Part shown: piece after piece, positions 1 to 9,969 of the stretch | Numbering within the stretch: the first letter of the stretch is position 1 | Layout: the number at the start of each line of letters is the position of its first letter | NCBI GenBank assembly: GCA_963821595.1 | Contig: CAWGEL010000019.1 | Coordinates: forward strand, 25,566 to 89,565 | Direction of reading: 5' to 3' | Origin: an uncultured Chloroflexia bacterium | GTDB taxonomy: Bacteria; Chloroflexota; Limnocylindria; Limnocylindrales; CSP1-4 | DNA length: 64,000 nucleotides | Position numbers and translations under genes: made by a program | Notes under the pieces: generated by a model | What the model was told of the DNA's origin: nothing | The model's input: only the letters and a program-made list of their open reading frames with translations | Database searches by the model: none

Positions 1-527
1 ACGCCCACGAGCAGGGTGAGCCCGAGCATCAGCGCCACCGCGCCGCGGCCGAGTTCGACGCCGGTGGCGGGCGCCTGGTCGGCCGCAGGATCGGCGCCGA
101 TGGCGCCAACCTCGGTCGCCTCCCCCGCCGGCGATCCGGGCGACCGGTCGTCCACCACCGATCCCACCGCTGCGCCGGTTCCGAGGGCCGGCGCCATGCC
201 GGCAACCGCGGCCGCCACCGATTCCACCGGTGCGACCTGTTCCCCGGGCCGCGCGGCCACTGCCTCGACGGCCGGCGGCTCCGCGGCGGCAACGGACGCC
301 GACCGGACCAGCCAGCGCGTCCCGACCACCAGCGTCTCGTAGAGGACCACCAGTCCGCGGACGAGCGGCAGGCGCGCGACGCGTCCGGCGCGGAACCCGG
401 CGCCAAGCCGTTCGTCCGCCCAGGCGATTCGCCCGTCGGGGTGGCGGAGGGCGACGGCGACGCCGTTGCGGCCGCGCATGAGCACCCCTTCGATCAGTGC
501 CTGCCCGCCATAGGAGAAGCGCGCCAC
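1..527 (-). CDS. DUF1385-family membrane protein, partial (runs off the window edge)
   Basis: Not in the ORF track. GTG at 527 reads MARFSYGGQALIEGVLMRG...LPLVRGLVVLYE, the GGQAxxEGVxMR signature of DUF1385/YqhQ; usual position after rpmE. Confidence 0.85.
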   Translation of the reverse strand, partial: MARFSYGGQALIEGVLMRGRNGVAVALRHPDGRIAWADERLGAGFRAGRVARLPLVRGLVVLYETLVVGTRWLVRSASVAAAEPPAVEAVAARPGEQVAPVESVAAAVAGMAPALGTGAAVGSVVDDRSPGSPAGEATEVGAIGADPAADQAPATGVELGRGAVALMLGLTLLVG

Positions 528-552
528 GAGTCAGCTCACCGTCCGTGAATTC

Positions 553-578
553 GAAACGGCGGGCCGACTGGCCCGCCG
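553..578 (-). terminator. Intrinsic terminator-like hairpin after rpmE
   Basis: Minus strand CGGCGGGCC-AGTC-GGCCCGCCG followed by TTTC. Confidence 0.55.
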
Positions 579-598
579 CTCCTGGCTGCGAAGGGATG

Positions 599-814
599 TC
601 AGCGCCCCGAGGCCGCGCGCTCCAGGCGACGCTGGAACCGCTCGACCTGGCCGGCGGTGTCGACGATCACCTGCTTGCCCGTGAAGAAGGGGTGGCAGTT
701 GGCGCAGACGTCGACGCGCATCTGCGCTCGCGTCGATCCGATCGTGTAGGTGGTGCCGCAGCTGCCGCAGTGGATCTCGGCTGCGAAGTACTTCGGGTGG
801 ATGCCGCTTTTCAC
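599..814 (-). CDS. rpmE: 50S ribosomal protein L31 (Cys-containing form)
   Basis: MKSGIHPKY...CGSC...VDVCANCHPFFTGKQ...VDTAGQVERF. Confidence 0.97.
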   Translation of the reverse strand: MKSGIHPKYFAAEIHCGSCGTTYTIGSTRAQMRVDVCANCHPFFTGKQVIVDTAGQVERFQRRLERAASGR

Positions 815-822
815 GGAGGACC

Positions 823-1125
823 TCAGGCGCTGGTTGCGACCGGCTCGTCGGTCGCGGGGGTGGCGGCGGCCTCGGCGGGCTCGATGCGAATCCGCTTCTT
901 GGCACGCGTCTGGTGCTCGAATCGCACGCGACCGGTGGCCGTGGCGAAGACGGTGTAATCGCGGCCGAGCCCGGTGCCGGTGCCGGCGATGAAGGTCATG
1001 CCGCGCTGGCGGACGATGATCGTCCCAGCGTGGACGAGCTGGCCGTCGCCCACCTTGACGCCGAGCCGCTGGCCGACCGAATCGCGGCCGTTGCGGGAGC
1101 TCGAACCTGCTTTCTTGTGGGCCAT
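823..1125 (-). CDS. rpmA: 50S ribosomal protein L27
   Basis: [16 protein letters not shown]...RLGVK...IIVRQRG; short Ala/Thr C-terminal tail. Confidence 0.97.
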   Translation of the reverse strand: MAHKKAGSSSRNGRDSVGQRLGVKVGDGQLVHAGTIIVRQRGMTFIAGTGTGLGRDYTVFATATGRVRFEHQTRAKKRIRIEPAEAAATPATDEPVATSA

Positions 1126-1128
1126 CGA

Positions 1129-1815
1129 TCAGTCTTCCTTCTTGGCGGCGCGAGGCCGGCGGGGCTTGGCGGGCGCCTCGGCGGCCGGCGCGTCGCCGGC
1201 TTCGGCGGGCGAGTCGCCGGCTGCGGCGGGTGCCTCGGCGGCTTCGGCCGGTTCAGCCGCGGACGTGGTCGACGCCTCGGTCGTGGAGGCCTCGGCGGCC
1301 GGTGCGGCCTTCGCCGCCCGGGCGCGCGCGGGCTTCGCAGGGGTCGTCTCGGCCTCGACCGGGGGCTCGGCAAGCCGCTCGGCGAGCTTCGCGGCGAGGG
1401 CCGCGTCCGCGGCGGCCTTCTCGGCCGCGGCGGCCAACTGCTTCTCGTGCTCCGTCGCCTCAGTCGCCTGTGCCTTCTCCACGTCGGCGGCGGCACTGTG
1501 ACCGTTGAGCTGGATGTCGGCGATCCGGAGGACCGTCTGCTCCTGGCGATGGCCCTTCTTCACGCGGGAACGGGCCTTGGGCTTGTACTTGAACAAGATG
1601 ACCTTGTCGGCGCGGTCGCGGCGCAGCACGGTGGCGCTGACCGCGGCGCCGGGAACGACCGGCCGGCCGATCGAAGCCTGCTCAGCGTCGACGACGAGGA
1701 GGACCCGGTCGAGCGTGATCTGCGAGCCGGGCTCGGCATCCAGGAGCTCGACCTCGAGCTCCGTGCCGACCTCGACGCGGTATTGCTTCCCGCCGGTCTC
1801 GATGACTGCGTACAT
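1129..1815 (-). CDS. rplU: 50S ribosomal protein L21 with long Ala/Glu/Pro-rich C-terminal extension
   Basis: MYAVIETGGKQYRV...KYKPK...GHRQ; start placed at ATG 1815. Confidence 0.95.
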   Translation of the reverse strand: MYAVIETGGKQYRVEVGTELEVELLDAEPGSQITLDRVLLVVDAEQASIGRPVVPGAAVSATVLRRDRADKVILFKYKPKARSRVKKGHRQEQTVLRIADIQLNGHSAAADVEKAQATEATEHEKQLAAAAEKAAADAALAAKLAERLAEPPVEAETTPAKPARARAAKAAPAAEASTTEASTTSAAEPAEAAEAPAAAGDSPAEAGDAPAAEAPAKPRRPRAAKKED

Positions 1816-1900
1816 GGGTCTCCGGGTGGCTGGCGTGCGGGCACGGTCGGCCCGCGTGTGGCGCATGGGAGCGCCGCGGCCACGCCGGGCGCGAATGGGG

Positions 1901-1929
1901 AGTGTACGGCCGCGGACCGCTCCGGTCAA
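1901..1929 (-). promoter_or_regulatory. sigma70-type promoter for rplU-rpmA-rpmE
   Basis: Minus strand TTGACC-N17-TACACT. Confidence 0.6.
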
Positions 1930-1963
1930 ACCGCTCCCGGACCGATCGCCCCTCGCGACCGGC

Positions 1964-2767
1964 CTAGGTGAGCAGGTCGCGCGTTCGGAACCGCCATACG
2001 GCCACGGCCCAGCCGGCCACCGCGACCACGCCGAACACGGCGACGTCGCCGGCGGGGAACTCGCCCCGGTCGAGCAGGGCCACGAGGTTGAGGTAGTGGA
2101 AGGCGGACAGGCTCGTCAGCCAGCTGACGCTGGTCTGGACTTGCCCGAAGATGTTGGCCAGGTACATCGCCAGCAGCACGCCGGCGGCGATCCCGGCGGC
2201 GCGCCCCCGGCTCAGGGTGACCACGGCAATCGCGCTCGCGACCCCTGCGATCGCGCAGCCGAAGGCGAACAGGGGAATGGAAGCGAGCAGGAAGTGCTCG
2301 ACGTCGAACGGCGCAGCGGTCACCGCACCTGCCGACAGTGCCGTAGCGACCGCCAGGAGCGCCAGCACCGCCAGCACGATGATCTGGCCCGCGATCGACG
2401 CCAGCATGCTGCCGGTCCGGGTGAGGGGCGTGCCCAGGGTGAGATCCAACCAGCCGCGGTCCGCGTCGGCCGCCGAGGCCCGCGTCCCCAGGATGATCGC
2501 GGCGATCGCGGCCGCGACCGGCCAGAGGAAGCTCCCGATGTACGTGGAGAAGAAGACGCCGGGATCGTCCAGGTTGCCGCTCATGCCGAAGGCGGCCATG
2601 AACTCCTTGGGAAACAGCTTGAGGTAGTCCTGGACCATGCTCGCGTTGTCGTGGATGATCGGGTACATCAGCCCGATGATCGCCACGTAGCCGACCACGG
2701 TCAGGCCCATCCACAGCGCCAGTGAGCTGCTGCGGCGCAGCTCGAGCCGGAAGGCGAGTCCGTTCAC
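1964..2767 (-). CDS. ABC-2 type exporter permease
   Basis: About 6 hydrophobic segments, C-terminal FRTRDL motif, overlaps the upstream ATPase stop. Confidence 0.88.
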   Translation of the reverse strand: MNGLAFRLELRRSSSLALWMGLTVVGYVAIIGLMYPIIHDNASMVQDYLKLFPKEFMAAFGMSGNLDDPGVFFSTYIGSFLWPVAAAIAAIILGTRASAADADRGWLDLTLGTPLTRTGSMLASIAGQIIVLAVLALLAVATALSAGAVTAAPFDVEHFLLASIPLFAFGCAIAGVASAIAVVTLSRGRAAGIAAGVLLAMYLANIFGQVQTSVSWLTSLSAFHYLNLVALLDRGEFPAGDVAVFGVVAVAGWAVAVWRFRTRDLLT

Positions 2768-3690
2768 GAACGCACCTCCTGCGCGGGGGCTGGTGCGTCC
2801 GAGCCGGCAACCTCGCCACCGTACATGCCGAAGAACACGTCCTCGACGTCGGGCGTGGTGATGGCGACGTCACGGACGTGCAGCGTCGCCAGGCGCGCCA
2901 GCACCGGGTTGACGTCGCCGGTGACCAGCAGGTGGACGTCCTGCCCGGAGTCGGCCAGCACACGGACGTTGTCGAGCGCGAACGTGCCGGCGGGAGCCGG
3001 CGCGGCCAGGACCAGGTTGATCGATCGCCGGTGGTCGCCGAGCAGGCCCTGGACGGTGGCCACCTTCACCAGTCGACCTTCGCGGATCACGCCGACCCGA
3101 TCGCACGCCCGCTCCACCTCCGGGAGGTTGTGCGACGAGAGGAAGACCGTCCGGCCGGCGGCTCGCGCCTCGGTGAGGAGGGCAAGGAACTCGCGCTGCA
3201 TGATCGGGTCCAGCCCGGTCGATGGCTCGTCCATGACCAGCAGCGGCTCCTGGCCCATGAAGACCTGCACGACGCCGACCTTCTGGCGATTGCCGCGGGA
3301 GAGCTTCTTCACCGGGACGCGCGGGTCCAGCTCCAGCCGCTCGGCCAGTCTTCGCCAGGCGCCGGAAGGCAGGCCGCGCAGGCGGCCGAGGTAGTCGAGA
3401 AGCTCGGCAGCATTCTGGTCGCCCAGGTAGCCCGGGTCGGCGCCGAGATGGGCCAGCGTCCTGTGGACGGCTGCCGCCTCCGTCCAGCAATCGCGCCCCA
3501 AGACCCTGGCCGTGCCGCTCGTCGGCCGGATCAGGCCCAGCAGCATCCGGATGGTCGTGGTCTTGCCGGCACCGTTCGGGCCGAGGAAGCCGAAAACCTC
3601 CCCCTCGGCCACGTCGACGTCGACGTCGATGACGCCGCGCCGCTTGCCGTACCAGCGGGTCAGGTCGCGCAGCTGGATCACGTCAGCCAT
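2764..3690 (-). CDS. ABC transporter ATP-binding protein
   Basis: GPNGAGKTT Walker A, LSRGNRQK signature, MDEP Walker B, SSH switch; GGAGG upstream of ATG 3690. Confidence 0.93.
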   Translation of the reverse strand: MADVIQLRDLTRWYGKRRGVIDVDVDVAEGEVFGFLGPNGAGKTTTIRMLLGLIRPTSGTARVLGRDCWTEAAAVHRTLAHLGADPGYLGDQNAAELLDYLGRLRGLPSGAWRRLAERLELDPRVPVKKLSRGNRQKVGVVQVFMGQEPLLVMDEPSTGLDPIMQREFLALLTEARAAGRTVFLSSHNLPEVERACDRVGVIREGRLVKVATVQGLLGDHRRSINLVLAAPAPAGTFALDNVRVLADSGQDVHLLVTGDVNPVLARLATLHVRDVAITTPDVEDVFFGMYGGEVAGSDAPAPAQEVRS

Positions 3691-3943
3691 CGCGCACCTC
3701 CTGTCTCGTGGGCCCCTGCGGCGCGTGGATGCGCCGCGCGATCGCGTGTCCGGGGATCGCAGAAGGTTTGCTCCGCTGGAGCGCCGCGCGTGAGGGCCCC
3801 GTGAACCGATCGGCCGGGTCGAAGGTCCCGACCGACCTCGGCCGACTGCGCCGCACCGCACAGGGCCGCTCCCGCTCGCTGCGGCCCGGCGGGCCGGACG
3901 CGCGCGAGCGCGTTTCCCGGGGCCCGAGACGCCATGTCGCACG

Positions 3944-3995
3944 AGGGCGTACCCGTCGCCCCGGAGGTTACGCCAGGGCGTACCCGTCGCCCCGG
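3944..3995. repeat. 21-bp perfect direct repeat x2, 31-bp period
   Basis: AGGGCGTACCCGTCGCCCCGG at 3944-3964 and 3975-3995. Confidence 0.9.
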
Positions 3996-4066
3996 TCTCC
4001 GCGTGCCGGCTGCGCCACCGTCGCCCGCCTTCCGCGGCGCTCCGTCACCAGGGTCGGCCCGACGCC

Positions 4067-4816
4067 TCAGTCGTCTGCCATGACCACGGCGAGGCGGCGG
4101 ATCCGGTGGACGGCGAGGGGTCTGGAGGGCACGGAAGCGAGCGCCGCACCCGACCCGCTCGCCGTACCTGCCGGCCTCAGCCCATCTGCAGCGACAAGGA
4201 GATCCGCGATTGCCGCCACGACTTCGTCGGGCCGCCCGACGGCGGATGGCCCGTGCGCGAGGCGCATTCGCAGCAGTCCTGCTGGTCCGTCGGCGCGCGA
4301 GTCGACCCAATCGACGACGTCCAGCGACAGGATCAGGGGCCGGAGGTCGTAATCGCGGGCGGCCCGCTCGCGATGCCGCTGCCTGGGCAACGTGGCGGCC
4401 TCCAGGATCACTGCCACGGCCGCCCGCAGTGCGGCAGCCGCGGGACCGGCCGCGGCTACCTCGTACTCGGCGGCGACGACGGCCGCGGGGGCGGCCGGGG
4501 CACCCACCCAGACGTCGTGGAGGTCCACCAGCGCCGCCGAGGGCGGCAGGGCAGCCGCCACGAGCTCGCGGACCCGGGCGATGGGCATCCGCCTGGCCAG
4601 GACGAGGTCGACGACCTCTCGCTCGCCGGCCACTCCCAGCGGCAGCTGGGCCGCAGGGACGACCCGGCCACGCCCGCTCTCCTCGCCGGCCATCGGCAGC
4701 CCGGCGTCCGTGAAGAGGCGGGCCCAGCCTCGCGCGCCGGCCGGAGGGCTCTCGGGCGCAACCGCCGCGGGCAGGCGCAGGTAGCAGCGCCAGCGCTGCT
4801 GCGCGTCCGGGCTCAT
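4067..4816 (-). CDS. TIGR03936/DUF2344-like radical-SAM-associated protein (divergent)
   Basis: QRWR...AGLP...LPLGVAGEREVVD...YDLRPLI...GRPDEVV pattern; typical position downstream of rodA. Confidence 0.7.
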   Translation of the reverse strand: MSPDAQQRWRCYLRLPAAVAPESPPAGARGWARLFTDAGLPMAGEESGRGRVVPAAQLPLGVAGEREVVDLVLARRMPIARVRELVAAALPPSAALVDLHDVWVGAPAAPAAVVAAEYEVAAAGPAAAALRAAVAVILEAATLPRQRHRERAARDYDLRPLILSLDVVDWVDSRADGPAGLLRMRLAHGPSAVGRPDEVVAAIADLLVAADGLRPAGTASGSGAALASVPSRPLAVHRIRRLAVVMADD

Positions 4817-4943
4817 CGGCAGCGACGGCGCATGGCCGAACGGGCGGCGGAACAGGCGGCCGTAGGGGCGGCGGATGCATCAGCATCGGGCGTCCACGCA
4901 GCCGGGCAGATCGTCCGGCTGCAGCGTGAGTCCGCGGCCTCCG

Positions 4944-6101
4944 TCACCACTCGGCACGCTGCTGGCGGATCGCCACGCTCTGGAGAATCCCCAGGCCCAA
5001 GCCGAGGCTGACCAGCGACGCGCCGCCATGCGTGATGAAGGGGAGCGGGATGCCGGTGACGGGCATGACGCCCAGGACCATGCCGGCGTTGACGACAAGC
5101 TGGAAGAGGATCATCGAGGCGAGGCCGGAGCCCAGCATCAGGCCGAACGGATCGCGGCTGCGCCAGGCGATCGCCATCACCCGCCAGATCAGGGCCGCGA
5201 ACAGCAGGAACACGACCATGCAGCCGACGAATCCCAGCTCCTCGGCAAGCACGGCGAACACGAAGTCGGTGTCCTGAACGGGGAGGAGGTTCGCCTGTGT
5301 CGAGGCGCCGTTCGTGAGTCCCGCCCCCAGGAGCCCGCCGGCGGCGACGGCCTTCTGCGCGGCGAGCAGCTGGAACCCAGCGCCCAGCGCGTCCTTCGCC
5401 GGGTCCAGGAACGTCATCAATCGCTGGCGCTGGTAGTCGTGGAGCACGTACGTCCAGATCAGCGGCATCGCCGCCACCCCTGTGAGCGCCATCGCGCCGA
5501 GCCATTTGATGCTGGCGCCCGCCAGGAAGAGCATCCCGACCAGGATCGCGAGCAGGACCAGCGACGTGCCGAGGTCCGGCTGGATCATGACGAGGACCCA
5601 CGGCGGAATCACGATGGCGCACGCACCCAGGATGGCGCCCAGCGAATCGAGCCGCCGCTCGCGGTCGCCGAGGTATCGAGCCAGCACCACGATCATCACG
5701 ATCTTGGCGATCTCGCTGAACTGGAACTGCATGCCGAAGATCGAGATCCATCGCGCCGCGCCGGTCTGACCCGCGTCGGGCGCCCCGAGGACAAGGGTTG
5801 CGATGAGCAGTCCCAGGTTCACCAGGTACAGCGGCCACGCGAACGTCTTCAGCCAGCGATAGTCGAAGAGGGCGGCGAGCGTGAAGGCGCCCAGGGCAAG
5901 CGCTGCCCACATGAGGCCCTTCGCGAAGGTGGTGGCATCGCCGCCGGATGCGGCCGTATTGCTGTACGCCATGGCCAGGCCGAGCGTCGCGAGCAGAGCG
6001 GCATAGACGAACATCTGGAGGTCGAAGTCACGCCAGGCGATCCCGGCGGCGCGCGCAGCCAGGCCCGTGGGGGCGTCGCGCTCGACGCGCAGGACCCCCA
6101 T
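4944..6101 (-). CDS. rodA: Rod shape-determining protein RodA (SEDS glycosyltransferase)
   Basis: GAARWI, QFSEIAKI, QPDLGT, TDFVF, PVTGIPLPFITHGG; directly follows mrdA. Confidence 0.93.
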   Translation of the reverse strand: MGVLRVERDAPTGLAARAAGIAWRDFDLQMFVYAALLATLGLAMAYSNTAASGGDATTFAKGLMWAALALGAFTLAALFDYRWLKTFAWPLYLVNLGLLIATLVLGAPDAGQTGAARWISIFGMQFQFSEIAKIVMIVVLARYLGDRERRLDSLGAILGACAIVIPPWVLVMIQPDLGTSLVLLAILVGMLFLAGASIKWLGAMALTGVAAMPLIWTYVLHDYQRQRLMTFLDPAKDALGAGFQLLAAQKAVAAGGLLGAGLTNGASTQANLLPVQDTDFVFAVLAEELGFVGCMVVFLLFAALIWRVMAIAWRSRDPFGLMLGSGLASMILFQLVVNAGMVLGVMPVTGIPLPFITHGGASLVSLGLGLGILQSVAIRQQRAEW

Positions 6102-8038
6102 CAGGGCACCACCCCTTCGTAGAAGTTGCCGCGCTTGAGCAGCTGCGGCAGGCGGTAGTCGCGCTTGATGCCGTAGTGGAGCTGCAGGTAGTACTTGACG
6201 ATCTCGGTCGCCATGTCGCCGATGGTCCCCGCGTCGTAGACATAGCACACGACCGCGAGCTGTGAGTCAGGCTTCGAGACCGAACCGGACGGGTTGCTCT
6301 TCTTCGTCGCGTTCTTCGGCGTGAACGCGACGAACCAGTTGTGATACGGCAGGACGCCGTTCTTGTCGCGGAGGCCGAATTCGGCGGTGCCGGTCTTGCC
6401 GGCGATCACGATCGGCATGTCGACCATGTTGTAGGTGTGCCGGCTGGTCACGACCGTGCGTGCTGCCTCACGCATCAGCGTAAGCACGGACGCCGGAGCC
6501 ACCTGCTTACGGATGACCTTGGGCGTGAACGGCTGAACAACCGTGCCGTCGGGCGCGACGATCTGGCGGACGACCTGGGGCTGGTACAGCGTGCCGCCGT
6601 TGGCCAGCGCGGCGTACGCGTTGAGGAGCTGGAGCGGCGTCGCGAGGTCATAGCCCTGGCCGATTCCAGCCTGGAGCGTCTCGCCCGGATAGATGTATTG
6701 CCCGAGGGTGTCCATCTTCCACTGGTTCGTGGGGACGAGTCCGGCAGCTTCACCCGGCAGGTCGATGCCCGTCGGCTGCCCGAAGCCATAGCGATCCGCC
6801 CAATAGGCGAGCCGCGTGATCCCGAGGCGACCAGCCAGCTGATAGAAGAACGTGTCGCTCGAGTGACCGAAGCCGGTCTTGATGTTCAGCGGTCCCCAGC
6901 CCTGGTGATTCCATTCCCAGAACTTCGTGCCCCCGACGAGGACGTACGGCTTGCTCATGACGAGCTCGGTCGGCTTCAGCTTACCGTCGGCGAGCGCTCC
7001 CGTCCCGGTCACGATCTTGTACGTCGAGCCGGGCGGCTGGATGTCACCGATGGCGTGATTGACCAGCGGCTGGCCCTTCTCCGTCAGCAACTGGTGGAAG
7101 TCCTTGGCGCTGATCCCGCGCGAGAACAGGTTCGCGTCGTAGGTCGGCAGGCTGACCATCGCCAGGATCTCGCCCGTCTGCGGGTTCTCGACGACGATCG
7201 CGCCACGCGTCACGTGGGCCGTCTTGAGACCCCACTCGAGTGCCTTCTGGGCGAGTTGCTGTTCCTTCAGGTCGATGGTGAGGTAGAGGGAATCGCCGGC
7301 GACGGCGGGTGTCGTGGTCGCAAGGACGCGGACGACCTGGCCGGTCCCATCCTTCTGCACCTGCTGGACGCCATAGGTTCCGCGCAGGACGCTCTCGTAC
7401 GTCTTCTCCACGCCCGTCTTGCCGATCGTGTCGGAAGGCAGGTAGCCCTGGTTCTGGAGGCTGGCGTACGTGGCCGGGTCGATCTGGCCGGTCCAGCCGA
7501 CGATCTGGGTGAACAGGGGACCGGTCAGATAGTCCCGACGCGGGATGACGGACACCTCGACGCCGGGAAGGGTGAGGCTGTCCTCCGAGATGAGCCGGGC
7601 GGTCGCCTCCGGGACATTCCTGGCGATGATGACCGGATCGAAGCGCGAACCGGTGGCCGAATCCAGCGTCGAGTTGATCGTCACGATCGGCACGTCGAGC
7701 AGGGTCGACAGCCGCTGGACGACGCCGGGCCGCTGTGGGAACGGCAGGTTCGACGGCACGATCTGGACGGCATAGGTCGGCACGTTCTCGACCAGCGCTC
7801 GCCCGGATCGATCGTAGACGAGGCCGCGCGTCGACGGCACTGGCACGTTCGCAACGGTCACCCCGCCGCCGTTCGCCGCGGCCGGGGCCTGGGTGGAGCT
7901 CGGCGCGTTGGTGGCCGTGAGCTGGAGGGAGAAGAGGCGCGCCGTCAGACCGCTGACCGCCACCAGCACGGCGATCGCGAAGATCGCGAACCGCGCCGGG
8001 CGGCGGTCGTGGGTGGCGGGCTGCTCGAGAACGCTCAC
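6101..8038 (-). CDS. mrdA: Penicillin-binding protein 2
   Basis: N-terminal TM, RGLVYDRSG, SxxK (STYK), SSD, KTG motifs. Confidence 0.93.
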   Translation of the reverse strand: MSVLEQPATHDRRPARFAIFAIAVLVAVSGLTARLFSLQLTATNAPSSTQAPAAANGGGVTVANVPVPSTRGLVYDRSGRALVENVPTYAVQIVPSNLPFPQRPGVVQRLSTLLDVPIVTINSTLDSATGSRFDPVIIARNVPEATARLISEDSLTLPGVEVSVIPRRDYLTGPLFTQIVGWTGQIDPATYASLQNQGYLPSDTIGKTGVEKTYESVLRGTYGVQQVQKDGTGQVVRVLATTTPAVAGDSLYLTIDLKEQQLAQKALEWGLKTAHVTRGAIVVENPQTGEILAMVSLPTYDANLFSRGISAKDFHQLLTEKGQPLVNHAIGDIQPPGSTYKIVTGTGALADGKLKPTELVMSKPYVLVGGTKFWEWNHQGWGPLNIKTGFGHSSDTFFYQLAGRLGITRLAYWADRYGFGQPTGIDLPGEAAGLVPTNQWKMDTLGQYIYPGETLQAGIGQGYDLATPLQLLNAYAALANGGTLYQPQVVRQIVAPDGTVVQPFTPKVIRKQVAPASVLTLMREAARTVVTSRHTYNMVDMPIVIAGKTGTAEFGLRDKNGVLPYHNWFVAFTPKNATKKSNPSGSVSKPDSQLAVVCYVYDAGTIGDMATEIVKYYLQLHYGIKRDYRLPQLLKRGNFYEGVVP

Positions 8039-8541
8039 CAGTCGAGGCGCTCCGCGTCGTCGATCGCAAAGCGGCGGCGGACCAGGAGGGCGAACGCGCC
8101 GAGGATGGCGGCAGCGATGCCGGCCAGGACGCCGCTGGGGACGGCCGGGCTGAGCACATCAGTTCCGGTGGGAAGACCACGAAGGGCGCCGTACAGCACG
8201 ACGCGGAGGACCGCCGCAGCTCCACCGAGCACGGCCGCGCTCGCAACAATGGCCGGATAGCGGGCACGCGGCGCCAGCCGGCCGACGATCCAGGCGGCAC
8301 CGACGACCAGGAGGAGCACGAGCGAGGTCAGGCCCAGGGGCCAGTCGAGCAGAATGTCGATGATCAGTCCCCCGAGGAAAGCCCAGACCAGGCCGCCTTC
8401 GAGGTTCACCGCAACCGTCCAGACGACGGCCGCGACGAGGAGGAGGTCGAGGCTCGCACCACCGAGGGGTGCGAACGACAGGTTGGAAATCTGGATCAAT
8501 GCGGTTACTGCCGCCCCGACCGCGGCGATCACGAGACTCAT
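8035..8541 (-). CDS. mreD: Rod shape-determining protein MreD
   Basis: Hydrophobic ~168 aa, GLVWAFLGGLIIDIL...PLG; overlaps the mrdA start. Confidence 0.8.
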   Translation of the reverse strand: MSLVIAAVGAAVTALIQISNLSFAPLGGASLDLLLVAAVVWTVAVNLEGGLVWAFLGGLIIDILLDWPLGLTSLVLLLVVGAAWIVGRLAPRARYPAIVASAAVLGGAAAVLRVVLYGALRGLPTGTDVLSPAVPSGVLAGIAAAILGAFALLVRRRFAIDDAERLDW

Positions 8542-8841
8542 GCGGTCGGTCCTCAGCGTCCGACAGTTCGTGGGCGGTGGCACGCGTCGCCGCCATCGCC
8601 CCGTGTCTGCGGGCCAGAGTATACCCCGGCATCTCCACCGATCCTGACATCGAGCATCCCGGATTCCGCGTGCCTGTTCACGAAGCCCGGCCGAGTCAGG
8701 CAGGCACGACCGCGCGGCCGCGCCCTCGACCGGGCAGTCGACCACGGCCGGGTGCAGGCCCGCGCCGTGCCAGTGGCCCGTACAGCCGCTACGCTGGTCG
8801 CGTCAACGTCATCGGGATCGGAGCCCTGTGAATCGCACGCC

Positions 8842-9552
8842 GTGTCCAGCTTCACGACGCTCCGCGAGGGTTCGCTCCACGCGGCATTGAAGGCCCGCTA
8901 CGCAGCGATGATCGCCGGCGCGCGGATCGAGGACGCCGTCGACGGCTTCGTCGTGGACGTAGCCGGCCAGGACGAGCTCGTGGAGATCCAGACCGCCAGC
9001 TTCGCCTCGGCCCGACGGAAGCTCGAGCGGCTCGTTACCTCCCACCACGTCGTGCTGGTGCATCCGATTCCGATCGAGAAGTGGCTCGTCCGTGTCGATT
9101 CCGACGGCCTGGTGCTGCGGCGGCGGCGCTCCCCGAAGCGCGGGCTCGCGCTCGACCTGTTCGACGAGCTCGTCTACATCCCGAGGCTCATCGCCCATCC
9201 GAACTTCCGGATCGAGCTCCCGCTGATCCGCGAGGACGAGATCCGGGGGCCGATCCCCGATGGCGCGAAGTACCGCTATCCCCGCGCGTGGTGGCGCCTG
9301 GATCGCCGCCTCGTCGACGTTGTCGACACGCAACGCATCGACACGCCAGCCGATCTGCTATTCCTGCTCCCGCTCGGCCTGCCCGATCCATTCACGACGG
9401 CGGACATCGTCAGCGCGACCGGACGCTCGAAACGGCTCGCGATGCGCGCCACCTATTGCCTCGAACGATCCGGCGCCATCACGCGCCTCGCTCGCTCCGG
9501 TCGACTGGTCGCCTATGGCCGCGTGCCGTCCCGCGCGGACGAGGGGTCCTGA
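8842..9552 (+). CDS. Conserved hypothetical, PD-(D/E)XK-like nuclease fold with C-terminal winged HTH
   Basis: EGSLHAALK...DGFVVD...VEIQT motif order; FTTADIVSATGRSKRLAMRATYCL is HTH-like. Start uncertain (GTG 8842 or 8752). Confidence 0.6.
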   Translation: MSSFTTLREGSLHAALKARYAAMIAGARIEDAVDGFVVDVAGQDELVEIQTASFASARRKLERLVTSHHVVLVHPIPIEKWLVRVDSDGLVLRRRRSPKRGLALDLFDELVYIPRLIAHPNFRIELPLIREDEIRGPIPDGAKYRYPRAWWRLDRRLVDVVDTQRIDTPADLLFLLPLGLPDPFTTADIVSATGRSKRLAMRATYCLERSGAITRLARSGRLVAYGRVPSRADEGS

Positions 9553-9953
9553 CGCAACCGACTCCGCGGAGCGGCCGTCCCGCCAGGTGGCCGGCGCCAT
9601 CACGAAGGGAACGCTGGATGTCCGGCTCATGCCATCGGCGCCTCCCGGACCGGGCGGGTGTGCGGCTCCGGCACCGCCAGATGGCTCCGAGCCGGCACCG
9701 CCGGAAGGCTCCGAACCGGCACGAAGGCGCCGACTCTGCCGCCGCCCGCTGTCTCGTCTGCTGTCTCGGCCGCTGTCTCGGTCGCTGGCCAGGTGAGGCG
9801 TGCGGAGAGGGCCTGATGGCGTGCTCGAGCAGGGAGATCGGGCGTTACCCGTGACGCGTGACGCTCGGTCGATTCGCTCGGCGGGGATCTCCGAGAGGCG
9901 GCGAGGGCCAGTGGTCGAGCCCGACGCACGGAGGCGCGGTGTCCGGGCGTCGT

Positions 9954-9969
9954 GGTTTCACGTGAAACG
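9954..9969. promoter_or_regulatory. parS: parS site (14-bp palindromic core)
   Basis: gGTTTCACGTGAAACg, upstream of parAB. Confidence 0.85.

Noticed and set aside
9627-9929. 100-aa minus-strand ORF with ETAAETADETA repeats
   Set aside because: Explained by short DNA repeats; no RBS or domain features.
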